From Raphidiopsis brookii D9 (GTDB lineage: Bacteria > Cyanobacteriota > Cyanobacteriia > Cyanobacteriales > Nostocaceae), in assembly GCA_000175855.1 (NCBI GenBank), contig ACYB01000029.1:60001-92000 (forward strand): a stretch of DNA of 32,000 nucleotides. The letters are read 5' to 3'. A program made the position numbers and the translations under genes. Shown in pieces: positions 1 through 11,448 of the stretch; position 1 is the stretch's first letter, and every line of letters begins with the position of its first letter. The notes beneath the pieces are model-generated. The model did no database searches. It had not been told where the DNA came from and worked only from the letters and a program-made list of their open reading frames with translations.

Positions 1-39
1 AGTTTCCATTGAAATTATAATAATTTAGTTCACTCATTC

Positions 40-73
40 CAAGAATCCCCATCCCTCAGCACGAGGATTCTTG
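40..73 (-). terminator. Hairpin just downstream of rplY (possible terminator or stabilising stem-loop)
   Basis: caagaatcc (40-48) is the exact reverse complement of ggattcttg (65-73), giving a 9-bp stem and 16-nt loop about 17 nt past the rplY stop. No U-tract follows on the minus strand, so it is weak as an intrinsic terminator. Confidence 0.25.
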
Positions 74-90
74 CCACTTGGGAAGACCCC

Positions 91-387
91 TTAACTCTTA
101 GCTGCAAAAAAACTCAAATGATAGGGAGTTCCCTTCGCTGGGTGAACTTGAACTTCCCTCAAAACAGTTTTACCAGTCCATTGGAGATCTGGAATACTCA
201 GTTCAATTTCCGTCTTATTAGGTGCAGCTTGTTTAAGCAAGCGATCAACTGTTTTAGCTTCCAGAGCCAAGGAAATTGACTCAGTACCGTTATGTCCATA
301 CAAATTAGCAGGGATCAAACCAGAACGGCGTAAAGCCTTGGGTTTAATGCCTTCTGGACGTTTTTGAGATTCTACTGTCAGTGCCAT
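91..387 (-). CDS. rplY: 50S ribosomal protein L25 (bL25/Ctc family)
   Basis: 98-aa ORF with a basic N-terminus and an [12 protein letters not shown] motif typical of the bL25 5S-rRNA-binding family. It lies 64 nt downstream of purA on the same strand. Confidence 0.8.
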   Translation of the reverse strand: MALTVESQKRPEGIKPKALRRSGLIPANLYGHNGTESISLALEAKTVDRLLKQAAPNKTEIELSIPDLQWTGKTVLREVQVHPAKGTPYHLSFFAAKS

Positions 388-451
388 ACTAGTTTTAACT
401 TGTCAATTAGTTATCAGCTATCAATTAATCAGTCACCAATCACCGCTCCAG

Positions 452-1795
<1,344 letters not shown>

Positions 1796-1885
1796 TTAAA
1801 AGTAAAGTTTTCACAAACAATCATTATCACCAGATTGTTTGGGATTTGTCAAGGGATTTTAGGAACTACTTCATTATATTTTTCA

Positions 1886-2551
1886 TTATATTTGGGTCAA
1901 ACTATATGCCAAAATAGCACTACCAATGGGAACTGTTAAATTATCAATCCCCCAAAAGGAAACGGATTCTAGTAATGCGGCAAGGATAGATACTAGCGCT
2001 GATACTAACCATATTTGCCAACTACTTCCCCGTGCAGCTAATAAAATAATTACACTTACTAAGTAACTAACAACTGTCATGGTTAAAGACCCTTCCCAGC
2101 TTTTATTCACGCCAAATAGGTAATACTTGTGCTTACCAAATCTTTGTCCAATTAGTGCTGCTAGTCCATCACCCCATGCCATAATTAAAATACCTAAAGC
2201 TGCATATTCTGGTTTATGCAAATACCAAAAATATCCAACCAAAATTCCAATACTCACAGCATAAAAAAAAGTGCCTAAACTGTGTCTCCCCACACTATTA
2301 ATTCCCGGTAAAATTGGCACAAAATATGACATGATGCTAATTAGACCAGCTAAAATTGCTGCACTAATTCCCACGTAAGCAGGAATATGGAACCACCAAG
2401 CTAATAAAATTACATTACCAGTACCTATATGCACAATTTTACGGATGATTTCCGGTTGAGCAGGAGTAAACCGACTGACCAACCAAGCAATTAATATGAT
2501 TAAAAAGACCCAACCAGCAGCGATCGCAATTTTCAACCACAATGGAAACAT
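1886..2551 (-). CDS. Polytopic membrane protein of the CTP-dependent polyprenol/phytol kinase family (VTE5 / dolichol-kinase-like)
   Basis: 221-aa ORF that is almost entirely hydrophobic helices. It has GQRFGKHK...KSWEGS motifs as in the cytidylyltransferase-family phytol and dolichol kinases. Assignment rests on family resemblance only. Confidence 0.6.
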   Translation of the reverse strand: MFPLWLKIAIAAGWVFLIILIAWLVSRFTPAQPEIIRKIVHIGTGNVILLAWWFHIPAYVGISAAILAGLISIMSYFVPILPGINSVGRHSLGTFFYAVSIGILVGYFWYLHKPEYAALGILIMAWGDGLAALIGQRFGKHKYYLFGVNKSWEGSLTMTVVSYLVSVIILLAARGSSWQIWLVSALVSILAALLESVSFWGIDNLTVPIGSAILAYSLTQI

Positions 2552-2812
2552 GGATTCTAAATCGGAGAATGTAATCTTGAGAGGTACAGTTATTATACAG
2601 GTCTAACCAATAGAATTTCTATTTCCTCCCTTTCGCTTTCTAAAGTCTATCCTCGGATTTATGAATTCCTGAGCAATAGTGCTTATGTTTATATTATTAG
2701 ATGGAAATGATAAGAGTTAGTAAAGATCACCTTTGGTCAATAAATGTCTATGACTATTGCTAAACGTTACTGAGTATTGGCGTGTACTTGTAAAATATTG
2801 CCATAAAATACT

Positions 2813-4346
2813 GTGAAATCTTTATACCAATATCAAGGAGATTCTCAAGACCAGATTGAGAATGGATATGATGATCCAAATTTTGAACATTTACACCCGG
2901 TTGAAGTGAATGAATTTCTCCCTCAAATTCATAGATTGACTACTATTGGTGCGGGGATAATGTTGACTATTTTTTTGGTTCGGGATAGCTTTAGCAACTG
3001 TACTGACTTATAAAACAACCGTTAAAGTAACTGGTACTATTAGACCAGTGGGAGAAATCAAATTAGTTGAGTCAGCTATTTCTGGGGAAGTACAAAGAAT
3101 TTTAGTGCAAAATCATCAGGTAGTTCGTCAAGGAGATAGCATGGCTTTTGTTGATGATTCCCAAGTAAACACCCAAAAGAAACAATTAGAAGATAGCATT
3201 GAAAAATCTCAATTACAACTGTTAGGAATCGAATCTCAGCTCAATGAAATTCGCAACCAAATTCTAGATCAAGCTAATTTAAATGAGCAGACAGTTTTTG
3301 CTGCACAATCGGAATTTATGGGAACTCAACGTAATTTTGATGATCAACGGATTAAGGGAAATGCAGAATTATTGCAAGCAGAAATTGCCTTTCACTTTGC
3401 CAAATCACAACTACAACGACTAGAAAAACAGGGAATTCTCAAATCTACCATCCAAGAAGCAGAAACCGCTTTAAAACTCGCCATACTTCAAAGAGATAGA
3501 CTACAAGCGATCGCCCGTTCTGGTGCTATTCCTGCGAATCTTCTAGAAGAAAAACAACAAGCAATAAAATCTGCACGAGCCAAATTAGAAAGTGCCAAAA
3601 ATAATGCTCAAACTTTGTGGGATGATAAACAACAGGCTTTCAAAATTGCTCAAACAAACCTATATAAAGCCAGAACAGCTATGAATCCCAGTAATTCGGC
3701 TGTGATTATTGCATCACAACGCATAAAACAGGAACGAGCTAGGGGAGAAATGACTATTGCAGCTTTAAATAAAGAACTGGGCAACTTATTACAACAAAGG
3801 CTAGAAATACAAAAACAACTAACTCGTTACCGTCAGGATTTGCTGCAAACAGAAATTAACTTACAAAAAACTGTAATTCGTGCACCTATTACCGGAACAC
3901 TGCTACAATTGAAACTTCGGAATATTGGACAAGTGGTTCAATCTGGTCAAGCGATCGCCCAAATTGCTCCGCTCAATGTTCCGTTAGAGATTAAGGCTTA
4001 TATACCGAGTCAGGAAATTAATAAAGTACAAGTAGGAAGAAAGTTCCAAATGCGAGTTTCTGCTTGTCCTTATCCAGATTATGGTACTCTCAGGGGTAGG
4101 GTTAAAAATATTTCTCCAGATGTTTTATCTAGTAATGTAATAACTAACAACATAACCGATAATATAACCAACACCACTGGCATAAATGGATATGAAGTCA
4201 CTATGGAACCAGAAACATTATATCTTGGTAAAGGAGAAAATAAATGTTATCTACAACCAGGGATGGAAGGAGGTACTGATATTATTTCCCGCGAAGAAAA
4301 TGTGATGCAATTTATCCTCCGTAAAGCCAGACTAATTAGCAATTAG
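2813..4346 (+). pseudogene. HlyD-family membrane-fusion (periplasmic adaptor) protein, reading frame broken at a T7 tract
   Basis: ORF 2813-3013 encodes the N-terminus and the start of the TM helix (TTIGAGIMLTIF). The +1 frame is open from the stop at 2964-2966. It continues WFGIALATVLTYKTTVKVTGTIRPVGEIKLVES... into ORF 3048-4346, which has long coiled-coil Q/L-rich segments and a C-terminal beta domain. Removing one T from 2970-2976 gives a single 510-codon frame. Confidence 0.7.
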
Positions 4347-4418
4347 GGATGGAGAATAATTTCTCCCCATTTTCATAGTTTATCAATTGTTACTCACAAA
4401 TAAGTCCCACATTCAAAT

Positions 4419-6591
4419 ATGATGTTTAATCCATTCCAATCTAGGAAAAAATACGAATGTGTTTTACAAGCAAGTGAAGAAGACTGCGGAGCAGCTTGTC
4501 TAGTTTCCCTCTGCAAATACTACGGGAGATTTTTAACCATTAATAAAAGTCGAGAAGCAGTAGGAACAGGACAATTGGGAACGACACTATTGGGCTTAAA
4601 ACGTGGATCGGATAGTTTAGGATTTAATTCCAGAGCGGTTAAAGCAGCACCGGAAATCTTAGACCGAATCACGGAAATTCCCTTACCAGCTATTATTCAT
4701 TGGCGGGGTCATCATTGGGTCATTCTCTATGGTACTCGGGGCAAAAAATATGTTATTGCTGATCCAGCTGTGGGTGTTCGCTATATTGAACGCCAAGAAC
4801 TATTAGCAGCTTGGAATGGAGTGACTCTATTATTAGAACCTGACCCAGAACAGTTTTCTACCCAATCTCAAGAGCAACCTCATAGTGGTTTATTACGCTT
4901 TTTCTTGAGAATTTTACCCTATCGCGGACTATTAGCACAAGTTATTATTATCAATATTATTCTGGGTGTGTTAGCTTTAGGAACTCCAATTCTCATTCAA
5001 TTATTAACTGATGATGTTTTAGTCAGGGGTGACATACAACTACTGTCAGTAGTTGTGTATGCTGTGGTTGTGATGACCATATTTAGCAGCAGTTTACAAC
5101 TAATACAATCTACTATGATTGCCCATTTTGGGCAAAGATTACAGTTGGGACTGGTCTTGGATTTTGGTCGTAAATTGTTGCAATTGCCTTTGAGTTATTA
5201 TGAGTCCCGTCGTAGTGGTGAAATTACCAGTCGATTGAGTGATATTAACGAAATTAATCAGTTGGTTTCTCAACTTGTCATTCTTTTGCCTAGTCAATTT
5301 TTTGTAGCACTTATTTCCCTAGGACTAATGGTATTTTATAGCTGGCAATTAACCATAGCAGTGATAATTTTCGCCGCTGTCATGACTCTGGTCGCTCTAC
5401 CATTTTTGCCCATACTGCAACAAAAAACTCGTAGTCTACTAGTTTTAGGAGCAGAAAATCAAGGAGTATTAGTGGAAACCTTTAAAGGAGCTCAGGTTGT
5501 AAAAACGACCAATGCTGCACCCCAATTTTGGGATGAGTTCCAAAGTCGTTTTGGTCGATTCGCCAATCTGAATTTTAGCACTATTCAACTGGATATTATT
5601 AATGGCACTATCGCCAAACTTCTTTCTAGTTTGGGTGGTGTTATTTTATTAGGTTTGGGCAGTATATTGGTGATTAACCATCAATTGAGTATTGGACAAA
5701 TGCTGGCGTTTAATACCTTACAAATTAATGTTTTGGCTTTAATTGTATTTGTGGTGGGACTGGTGGATGAATATTTTCGTTCACAAACGGCAATCTCCCG
5801 ATTATTAGAAGTAATTGATGCTACGCCAGAAGTAGTGGGCGGTGGGCAAAAACCAATTGCTCAAATTGCTGGTGATGCGGATTATTTTTTTTTCTCACTT
5901 GACATTTCACCATCTAGGAAGGGTAGACCTATTAGATGATTTTTCTCTCAAACTTCCCGGTGGTAAAGTTATTGCTATCATTGGTAAATCAGGTTGTGGT
6001 AAAAGTACCTTGGCAAAACTTTTAGGTGGGTTATATCAACCCAGTTCGGGAAACATCCGAATTGGAGTTTTTAACATTCATGATCTCGCCCTTGATTGTT
6101 TACGCCAACAGGTAGTTTATGTACCTCAAGACCCTCATTTCTGGAGTCGTTCAATTTTAGAAAACTTTAGATTGGGTATACCTAATCTTTCTTTTGATCA
6201 GATAGTCCAAGCTTGTGAAATTGCTGATGCTGATGGTTTTATTAGTCAATTACCTAATAAGTATCAAACCGTTTTGGGAGAATTTGGAGCTAATCTTTCC
6301 GGTGGACAAAGACAACGATTGGCGATCGCACGAGGAATACTCAATAACCCTCCGGTTCTCATCTTAGATGAAGCTACTGCTGGATTAGACCCTGTCAGCG
6401 AAACCCATGTTCTAGACCGACTATTGGCATTTCGCAAGGGAAAAACCACAATTTTAATTACCCATCGTCCCAGCGTAATGCACCGTGCTGATTGGATTGT
6501 CTTATTAGAACAAGGGAAAATTCAATTACAAGGTAGTTTAGAAACTTTTATTGCTCAACCTGGGGAGCATTTACACTTTCTCACTATTTAG
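4419..6591 (+). pseudogene. Peptidase-C39-domain ABC transporter (double-glycine peptide processing/export type), reading frame broken at a T9 tract
   Basis: The N-terminal C39 domain has Cys (EEDCGAAC), His (GHHWVIL) and Asp (ADPA). A 6-helix ABC TMD follows. The NBD lies in the +1 frame with Walker A GKSGCGKST, signature LSGGQRQR, Walker B ILILDEAT and H-loop ITHR. The two frames overlap at 5842-5939. Removing one T from 5885-5893 gives one 723-codon frame. Confidence 0.75.
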
Positions 6592-6634
6592 TAATTATAA
6601 GTAATTATAAAATGTTTAATCTCCATAAACAACC

Positions 6635-6681
6635 AAATCCCCGATCTCTTTTAAGATATACCTTAAAGATCTCGGGGATTT
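6635..6681. terminator. Bidirectional hairpin between convergent ABC exporter and pgi
   Basis: aaatccccgatctcttt (6635-6651) pairs with aaagatctcggggattt (6665-6681) as 10 bp, 2 mismatches, then 5 bp. The A-run and T-run at the outer ends would serve both strands. Confidence 0.5.
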
Positions 6682-6691
6682 AAGACCGTCT

Positions 6692-8278
6692 CTAAGTCAA
6701 AGTAACAGTTAAAGTTCCCGGTCTACTCAAATCACCTGTCAAAACCACACCTCGATTATTAGCATGAAGATGACGGAGAATTTTGTAAATGGGTTCTACC
6801 TGTTCACTCGCACCTGCTTTGTCAGCTATCTCCCCAATGGTTAGTCCTTTCCTTTCGGATTCTAATACCTTGATTACCTTCTGCTGTAAGTCCAGTATTA
6901 CTGCTGCTGCTTTTTTCCCTGCTTCTACGCCTGGCTGATGATAAGCATTAATATTTACCAAACTGGCATATAAACCCACAGCTCTCTCATACAATGCAAT
7001 TAATGCTCCTACTGTTTGAGCATTAACTTGAGGAATTGTCACAGTAATGGAATCCCGATGGTTCTCATACAGTGCTTGACGGGTTCCTAATAAAAACCCA
7101 GATAGGTAATCACCAGCAGTCACACCAGGATCAATTTCCGAAGATGCACCTTGACGATCTTCCAACACCTCAATTAAGGTGGCAAAAAAATTAGGCACTC
7201 CTTCTCTTAACTGTTGTACATAAGCATGCTGGTCTGTTGAACCTTTGTTTCCATACACAGCAATACCCTGATGTACAGTCTTGCCATCTAAATCTTTCTC
7301 CTTGCCTAAAGACTCCATTACCAATTGTTGTAAGTAACGGCTAAATAATAACAAGCTGTCTTTATAGGGCAACACAACCATGTCCTTTTTCACCCTTACC
7401 ATTACCAGAAAATACCAGGACAAAGCTAATAAAGCTGCTGGATTATTTTTAATGTTGGCAATGCGAGTAGCATCATCCATCTGTTTAGCACCATCTAGCA
7501 TAGCACGAATATTAATACCCTGCAATGCTGCTGGGACTAAACCCACAGCGGACATTTCTGAAGTCCTTCCACCTACCCAATCATACATGGGGAAGGTCCC
7601 TAACCAGTTTTCTGATTTGGCAACCTTATCCAGATTACTACCCGTACTAGTAATGGCGATCGCATATTGGGCAAAGTCTAAATTTCTACGGGAGTATGCC
7701 TGTTTCACCTCTATCATACCATTGCGAGGTTCGGGTGTACCACCAGACTTGGAAATAACTAATACTAGGGTGCTACTTAACCTATCTCCCACGCGGGAAA
7801 CCACTCGGTCAATTCCTGCAGGGTCACTATTGTCGATAAAGTGAATGTTAAGAGGGGGAAGGTCAGGAGCAAGTGCTTCTGCAACAAATTGTGGACCTAA
7901 AGCTGAACCTCCAATTCCAATGGAGATAATATCGGTAAAGCGGTTTTCTTTAGGGGGATGTATGGCTCCAGTGTGCACTTGACCTGCAAAAACTTCGATT
8001 TCTTCTAAAGTTCTGACAATTTCCGCTCTCAGTTGGGAACTGGGTGCTAAATCGGGATTTCGCAACCAGTAATGTCCCACCATGCGGTTTTCATCGGGAT
8101 TGGCAATTGCTCCCTTTTCGAGAGCTACCATTTCCTTAAATGCTTGCTCAAATTTTGACTGTAATGACTCCACGAAAGTGTTATCAAACCGAATTCGGCT
8201 GATATCTAGATACAGTCCTAATCCCTCGTGGTAATATAACCAGTCTTGGTATCGTTGCCAAAGTTCCTTAGCATCCAT
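6692..8278 (-). CDS. pgi: Glucose-6-phosphate isomerase
   Basis: Motifs include [59 protein letters not shown] and [11 protein letters not shown]. Start set at the internal Met ([10 protein letters not shown]) rather than the longest ORF start at 8308. It contains an 8-codon patch that looks like a compensated frameshift (see findings). Confidence 0.9.
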   Translation of the reverse strand: MDAKELWQRYQDWLYYHEGLGLYLDISRIRFDNTFVESLQSKFEQAFKEMVALEKGAIANPDENRMVGHYWLRNPDLAPSSQLRAEIVRTLEEIEVFAGQVHTGAIHPPKENRFTDIISIGIGGSALGPQFVAEALAPDLPPLNIHFIDNSDPAGIDRVVSRVGDRLSSTLVLVISKSGGTPEPRNGMIEVKQAYSRRNLDFAQYAIAITSTGSNLDKVAKSENWLGTFPMYDWVGGRTSEMSAVGLVPAALQGINIRAMLDGAKQMDDATRIANIKNNPAALLALSWYFLVMVRVKKDMVVLPYKDSLLLFSRYLQQLVMESLGKEKDLDGKTVHQGIAVYGNKGSTDQHAYVQQLREGVPNFFATLIEVLEDRQGASSEIDPGVTAGDYLSGFLLGTRQALYENHRDSITVTIPQVNAQTVGALIALYERAVGLYASLVNINAYHQPGVEAGKKAAAVILDLQQKVIKVLESERKGLTIGEIADKAGASEQVEPIYKILRHLHANNRGVVLTGDLSRPGTLTVTLT

Positions 8279-8486
8279 AATGAGGGAATTCTCACATAAC
8301 TTAGTCAAACTCCAGTTTAATCTATGGTTTTGGCGATCCCTGCTCTGTCTTATACAGTTTGTAATCAGGAGTTATGACTTTGGTTAAATATGGTTAAGTT
8401 TTGTTAAACTTCCTTATTATATCACATTCATGGCTTATCCTATGTGACAATGGCCCACCCTTATCCCTTTTGAAAAATCCCTGGTT

Positions 8487-9623
8487 ATGAGTGAATACCT
8501 GATCTTTTTGGCTATTTCTACCGCTACTTTTTCTTTGTTTGCATTGGGACTTAATTTGCAGTGGGGTTTTACTGGTCTGATTAGTTTTGGTCATATTGCT
8601 TTTATGACGTTAGGTGCCTATACCACTGTTATTTTAAGTCTCAAGGGTGTTCCTCTATTCTTATCTGCTGTTGCTGGAGCAATTGTGGCTGCTTTGTTGG
8701 GTCTGGTTATTGGTTTTGCTACTTTGCGTCTGAGAGAAGATTATTTAGGTATTGTCACTATTGGTACTGGTGAGCTGATTCGGTTAGTTTTTAACAATCA
8801 AGATTTACCAGTGGGCGATCGCTGGATATCTGGAGCTTTTGGTATTCAAAGTTATGTGATTCCCCTAGCAACAACACCTAATTTATTGTTCCGATTAGTG
8901 ATGATTGGAGTACTTACTTTACTCACAAGTATTACTTTATTTTCTCTATGGCGTTGGGTAAAAAACAGTACTAAATCTGCCAATCAACCAAAGAATAATT
9001 TAAAAAACAATTATAGATCAGAATTTACTTCCCATTTAGTGGTAGCTATAATTTTGGGTTTGTTGTCATTAGCGATTTATATTGCTGGTGTGCTAGGACT
9101 TTACAACTACAATCCCAAAGCAGGATTAATGTTACTGGTCTTATTAGTTCTAGCTTTTGTATTTTGGCGGTTAGAATTTTTAGTTCAATCTCCTTGGGGA
9201 CGTGTTCTTAAAGCAATTCGAGAAGATGAAGAAGTACCTAAAGCTCTGGGCAAAAATGTTTTTTCCTACAAATTACAATCTTTAATCTTAGGTGGTGCGA
9301 TCGCTGGAATTGCTGGTGCTTTTTTTGCTTGGCAACTGAGTGCTATTTATCCCGATAACTTTCAACCACAACTGACCTTTGATGCTTGGATTATGGTAAT
9401 TTTAGGAGGGTCTGGCAATAATCTGGGGACAATTTTGGGAGCGGTAATTTATTTTGCCTATGATGCTCTAACCAGAGAATTTTTGCCCAAAATAGTTCCT
9501 TTGGATGCGGAGCGTATTGGTGCTTTTCGGATTATGTTCATCGGTCTCATTCTTATGAGCTTAATGATTTGGCGACCTCAAGGTATTTTAGGAAAAAAGG
9601 AAGAACTCACTCTAGGAAAATAG
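8487..9623 (+). CDS. Branched-chain/neutral amino-acid ABC transporter permease, LivM family
   Basis: 378-aa polytopic ORF with an LNLQWGFTGLISFGHIAFMTLGAY N-terminal signature and a C-terminal GGSGNNLGTILGA motif typical of LivM/NatC-type permeases. Confidence 0.8.
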   Translation: MSEYLIFLAISTATFSLFALGLNLQWGFTGLISFGHIAFMTLGAYTTVILSLKGVPLFLSAVAGAIVAALLGLVIGFATLRLREDYLGIVTIGTGELIRLVFNNQDLPVGDRWISGAFGIQSYVIPLATTPNLLFRLVMIGVLTLLTSITLFSLWRWVKNSTKSANQPKNNLKNNYRSEFTSHLVVAIILGLLSLAIYIAGVLGLYNYNPKAGLMLLVLLVLAFVFWRLEFLVQSPWGRVLKAIREDEEVPKALGKNVFSYKLQSLILGGAIAGIAGAFFAWQLSAIYPDNFQPQLTFDAWIMVILGGSGNNLGTILGAVIYFAYDALTREFLPKIVPLDAERIGAFRIMFIGLILMSLMIWRPQGILGKKEELTLGK

Positions 9624-9648
9624 TTTATTGGCTTCAAATAATGGACTT

Positions 9649-11385
9649 TCAGTCATGATTATTTTTCTTCCCTGGTTTATCCCCTAAGTGCACGCTACCA
9701 AGACCCTGAAGTACACCGCGAGCAATTAATCCTAAACCTCTACCAACTATTTTTGTTAAAACAAACACTATAACATTACCCACAAAAGACAATAGAGACT
9801 GTAACCGAGGTGCGATCGCATCTCTCAACTCCAACACTAGTGTTACTACTAGGGGAATACCGGAAAGGTTAGCTAGTTGCTGGTTACGGGGGGAATAAAT
9901 AGAAGTTTTAGCAATACCACGAGGTGCAATGACAAACAGTTCATAACGACTTTCAAAAATTGCCTGGGGTTCACCAAAATAGCGACTCAACCAGTATTTC
10001 CAAGATAGGTTGTTTCTAAATCTTTCAATTTCTCGTGTGGAGATAAAATGACGGTCGTAAAAATGTTGTTTGACGGTTTCTATATCAGCTAAAAGGTTGA
10101 TTAGGGGTTGCAATACACCATTGGCAATTTGAATTAATAGATTTTCTAAAATCATTAATATTTGATAATTGGCTGACTCTGAACCTGGAGAATACAACTT
10201 ATTATCCACATATAAGTCGGTTTGCCAAATTAGATAGGATACTAATTCTTCAACCAGGGGAATTTTATCCAGTATTTCAGTTTCTACCCCCCTAGCATTA
10301 TCTAATAAGAATCCTACTGTTTCTATGGTGATCTTACCCACATTTACCTGGGGGAGTTGACCATAAAATTCTCTCACTACTCCCTCCCATAAATCATAAA
10401 GTATTTCTTGCTTTAAATTGGATAGTTGGGAAATCTCAACTTGGGAGTCTCGGAGTTTATCTAAGCGGTGAGATAATTTTTGTAATATCAGATAAAGCAG
10501 TTCCTTTTTTTTCTCCTCCCGTAAGATATCAATTTCTAATGGCACTTCCCCTATATTGGGTAAAGGAAACTGCAGCTTGTCAAGGCAAGATGTAAATATT
10601 ATTGATTGTAGAGCTTTTTTAGTTTGTAATGGTGACCTAGCTATTGGCACTGACTCAGGTTCACCGGGATCCCTAAGAGGGGGAACAAGTTGTGGTTCTG
10701 ATAAACCAAATAACTGATGTACTAACCAACCCGCAGCTAAAAGTTCTCTCCTATGTCCAGCTAAAATGACTCGCTCCAATAATGGGATTCCAGGAATCCT
10801 TAGTCTTACCGTAACCTTGGTCAAATCTCGAGTGATATAACTAATTCCCGATGAGTGGATTTTATTTCTCCAGAGGGTTAAGGGTGAATCCAATGCAAGA
10901 GATTTACCCCACCAATAATCACCACCTTTGGCAATTTCCTCCATAATCGAAACTAAGGTAGAAATTGATATACCTTTGGGACAATAGCCATTCACACCTA
11001 TATTTTTTGCTGCCAAAAGAGTTTCTGAATTGGACACCCCTGTAAGTAATAGAATTGGTATATGGGGATATAGAGCTTTGAGCTGTTCACAAAATTGTAA
11101 CCCTAACTCTGCTTCTTGAGAGTTCCTACCCAATTCTAAAACTATTAGATTAATTTCTCTGTGGTCTTTCTCTTGTTCTTGACTATTTTCGTTTTCACCA
11201 GCTTGTTCCTGACCAAAAGCAGTCTTACCTAATAACTGTAACGCAGCACTGCCATCAGAAACGTCACCTATTAATTTAATAGAAGATGAAGCTTCTAAAG
11301 CAATCCTTAAACCCAGACGAAAAATGGGATCTGAGTCAATTAATAGCGCACTCAGGTGTGGGAAGGTCAGAAGGCGATCGCTCAT
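9649..11385 (-). CDS. Receiver-domain protein with long C-terminal DUF3685-like region (atypical response regulator)
   Basis: 578-aa ORF. The N-terminal approx 150 aa have CheY-like landmarks: LLIDSD, ILLLTG and GYCPKG. The phospho-acceptor position reads VLELG (Glu84, codon 11134-11136). The C-terminal two-thirds resemble the cyanobacteria-restricted DUF3685 and end in a hydrophobic tail. Confidence 0.65.
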   Translation of the reverse strand: MSDRLLTFPHLSALLIDSDPIFRLGLRIALEASSSIKLIGDVSDGSAALQLLGKTAFGQEQAGENENSQEQEKDHREINLIVLELGRNSQEAELGLQFCEQLKALYPHIPILLLTGVSNSETLLAAKNIGVNGYCPKGISISTLVSIMEEIAKGGDYWWGKSLALDSPLTLWRNKIHSSGISYITRDLTKVTVRLRIPGIPLLERVILAGHRRELLAAGWLVHQLFGLSEPQLVPPLRDPGEPESVPIARSPLQTKKALQSIIFTSCLDKLQFPLPNIGEVPLEIDILREEKKKELLYLILQKLSHRLDKLRDSQVEISQLSNLKQEILYDLWEGVVREFYGQLPQVNVGKITIETVGFLLDNARGVETEILDKIPLVEELVSYLIWQTDLYVDNKLYSPGSESANYQILMILENLLIQIANGVLQPLINLLADIETVKQHFYDRHFISTREIERFRNNLSWKYWLSRYFGEPQAIFESRYELFVIAPRGIAKTSIYSPRNQQLANLSGIPLVVTLVLELRDAIAPRLQSLLSFVGNVIVFVLTKIVGRGLGLIARGVLQGLGSVHLGDKPGKKNNHD

Positions 11386-11448
11386 GTCAGGTCACGTAAA
11401 AACAGAATCTTTTCCAGTTGAAAAACCCTAGTTCGGTCAATATTTTTC

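Noticed and set aside
402-446. Degenerate heptamer-like periodicity (..ATCA.. every 7-11 nt) between purA and rplY, reminiscent of STRR repeats of heterocystous cyanobacteria
   Set aside because: The units are too degenerate and the spacing too irregular to call a tandem repeat by eye. It would need a repeat finder.
4135-4195. NIT-rich repeat (NVITNNITDNITNTTGING) in the HlyD C-terminal region
   Set aside because: It is a low-complexity insertion within a coding region, in frame, with no independent feature implied.
5842-6591. Treating the 249-aa NBD ORF as a stand-alone ABC ATPase gene
   Set aside because: Its first about 15 codons are out-of-frame TMD sequence. The conserved NBD beginning is continuous with the upstream TMD after a 1-nt correction, and there is no separate start context.
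6589-6610. Tandem duplication gtaattataa x2 right after the ABC stop codon
   Set aside because: There are only two copies of an AT-rich 10-mer, which is plausibly chance or a small slippage event with no further structure.
7380-7844. 154-aa plus-strand ORF antisense to pgi
   Set aside because: It lies entirely within the strongly supported pgi coding region on the opposite strand and has no recognisable motifs. It is the typical shadow ORF of a long gene.
8394-8594. 66-aa minus-strand ORF in the pgi / permease divergent region
   Set aside because: It is K/Q/S-rich low complexity and overlaps the start of the well-supported permease gene.
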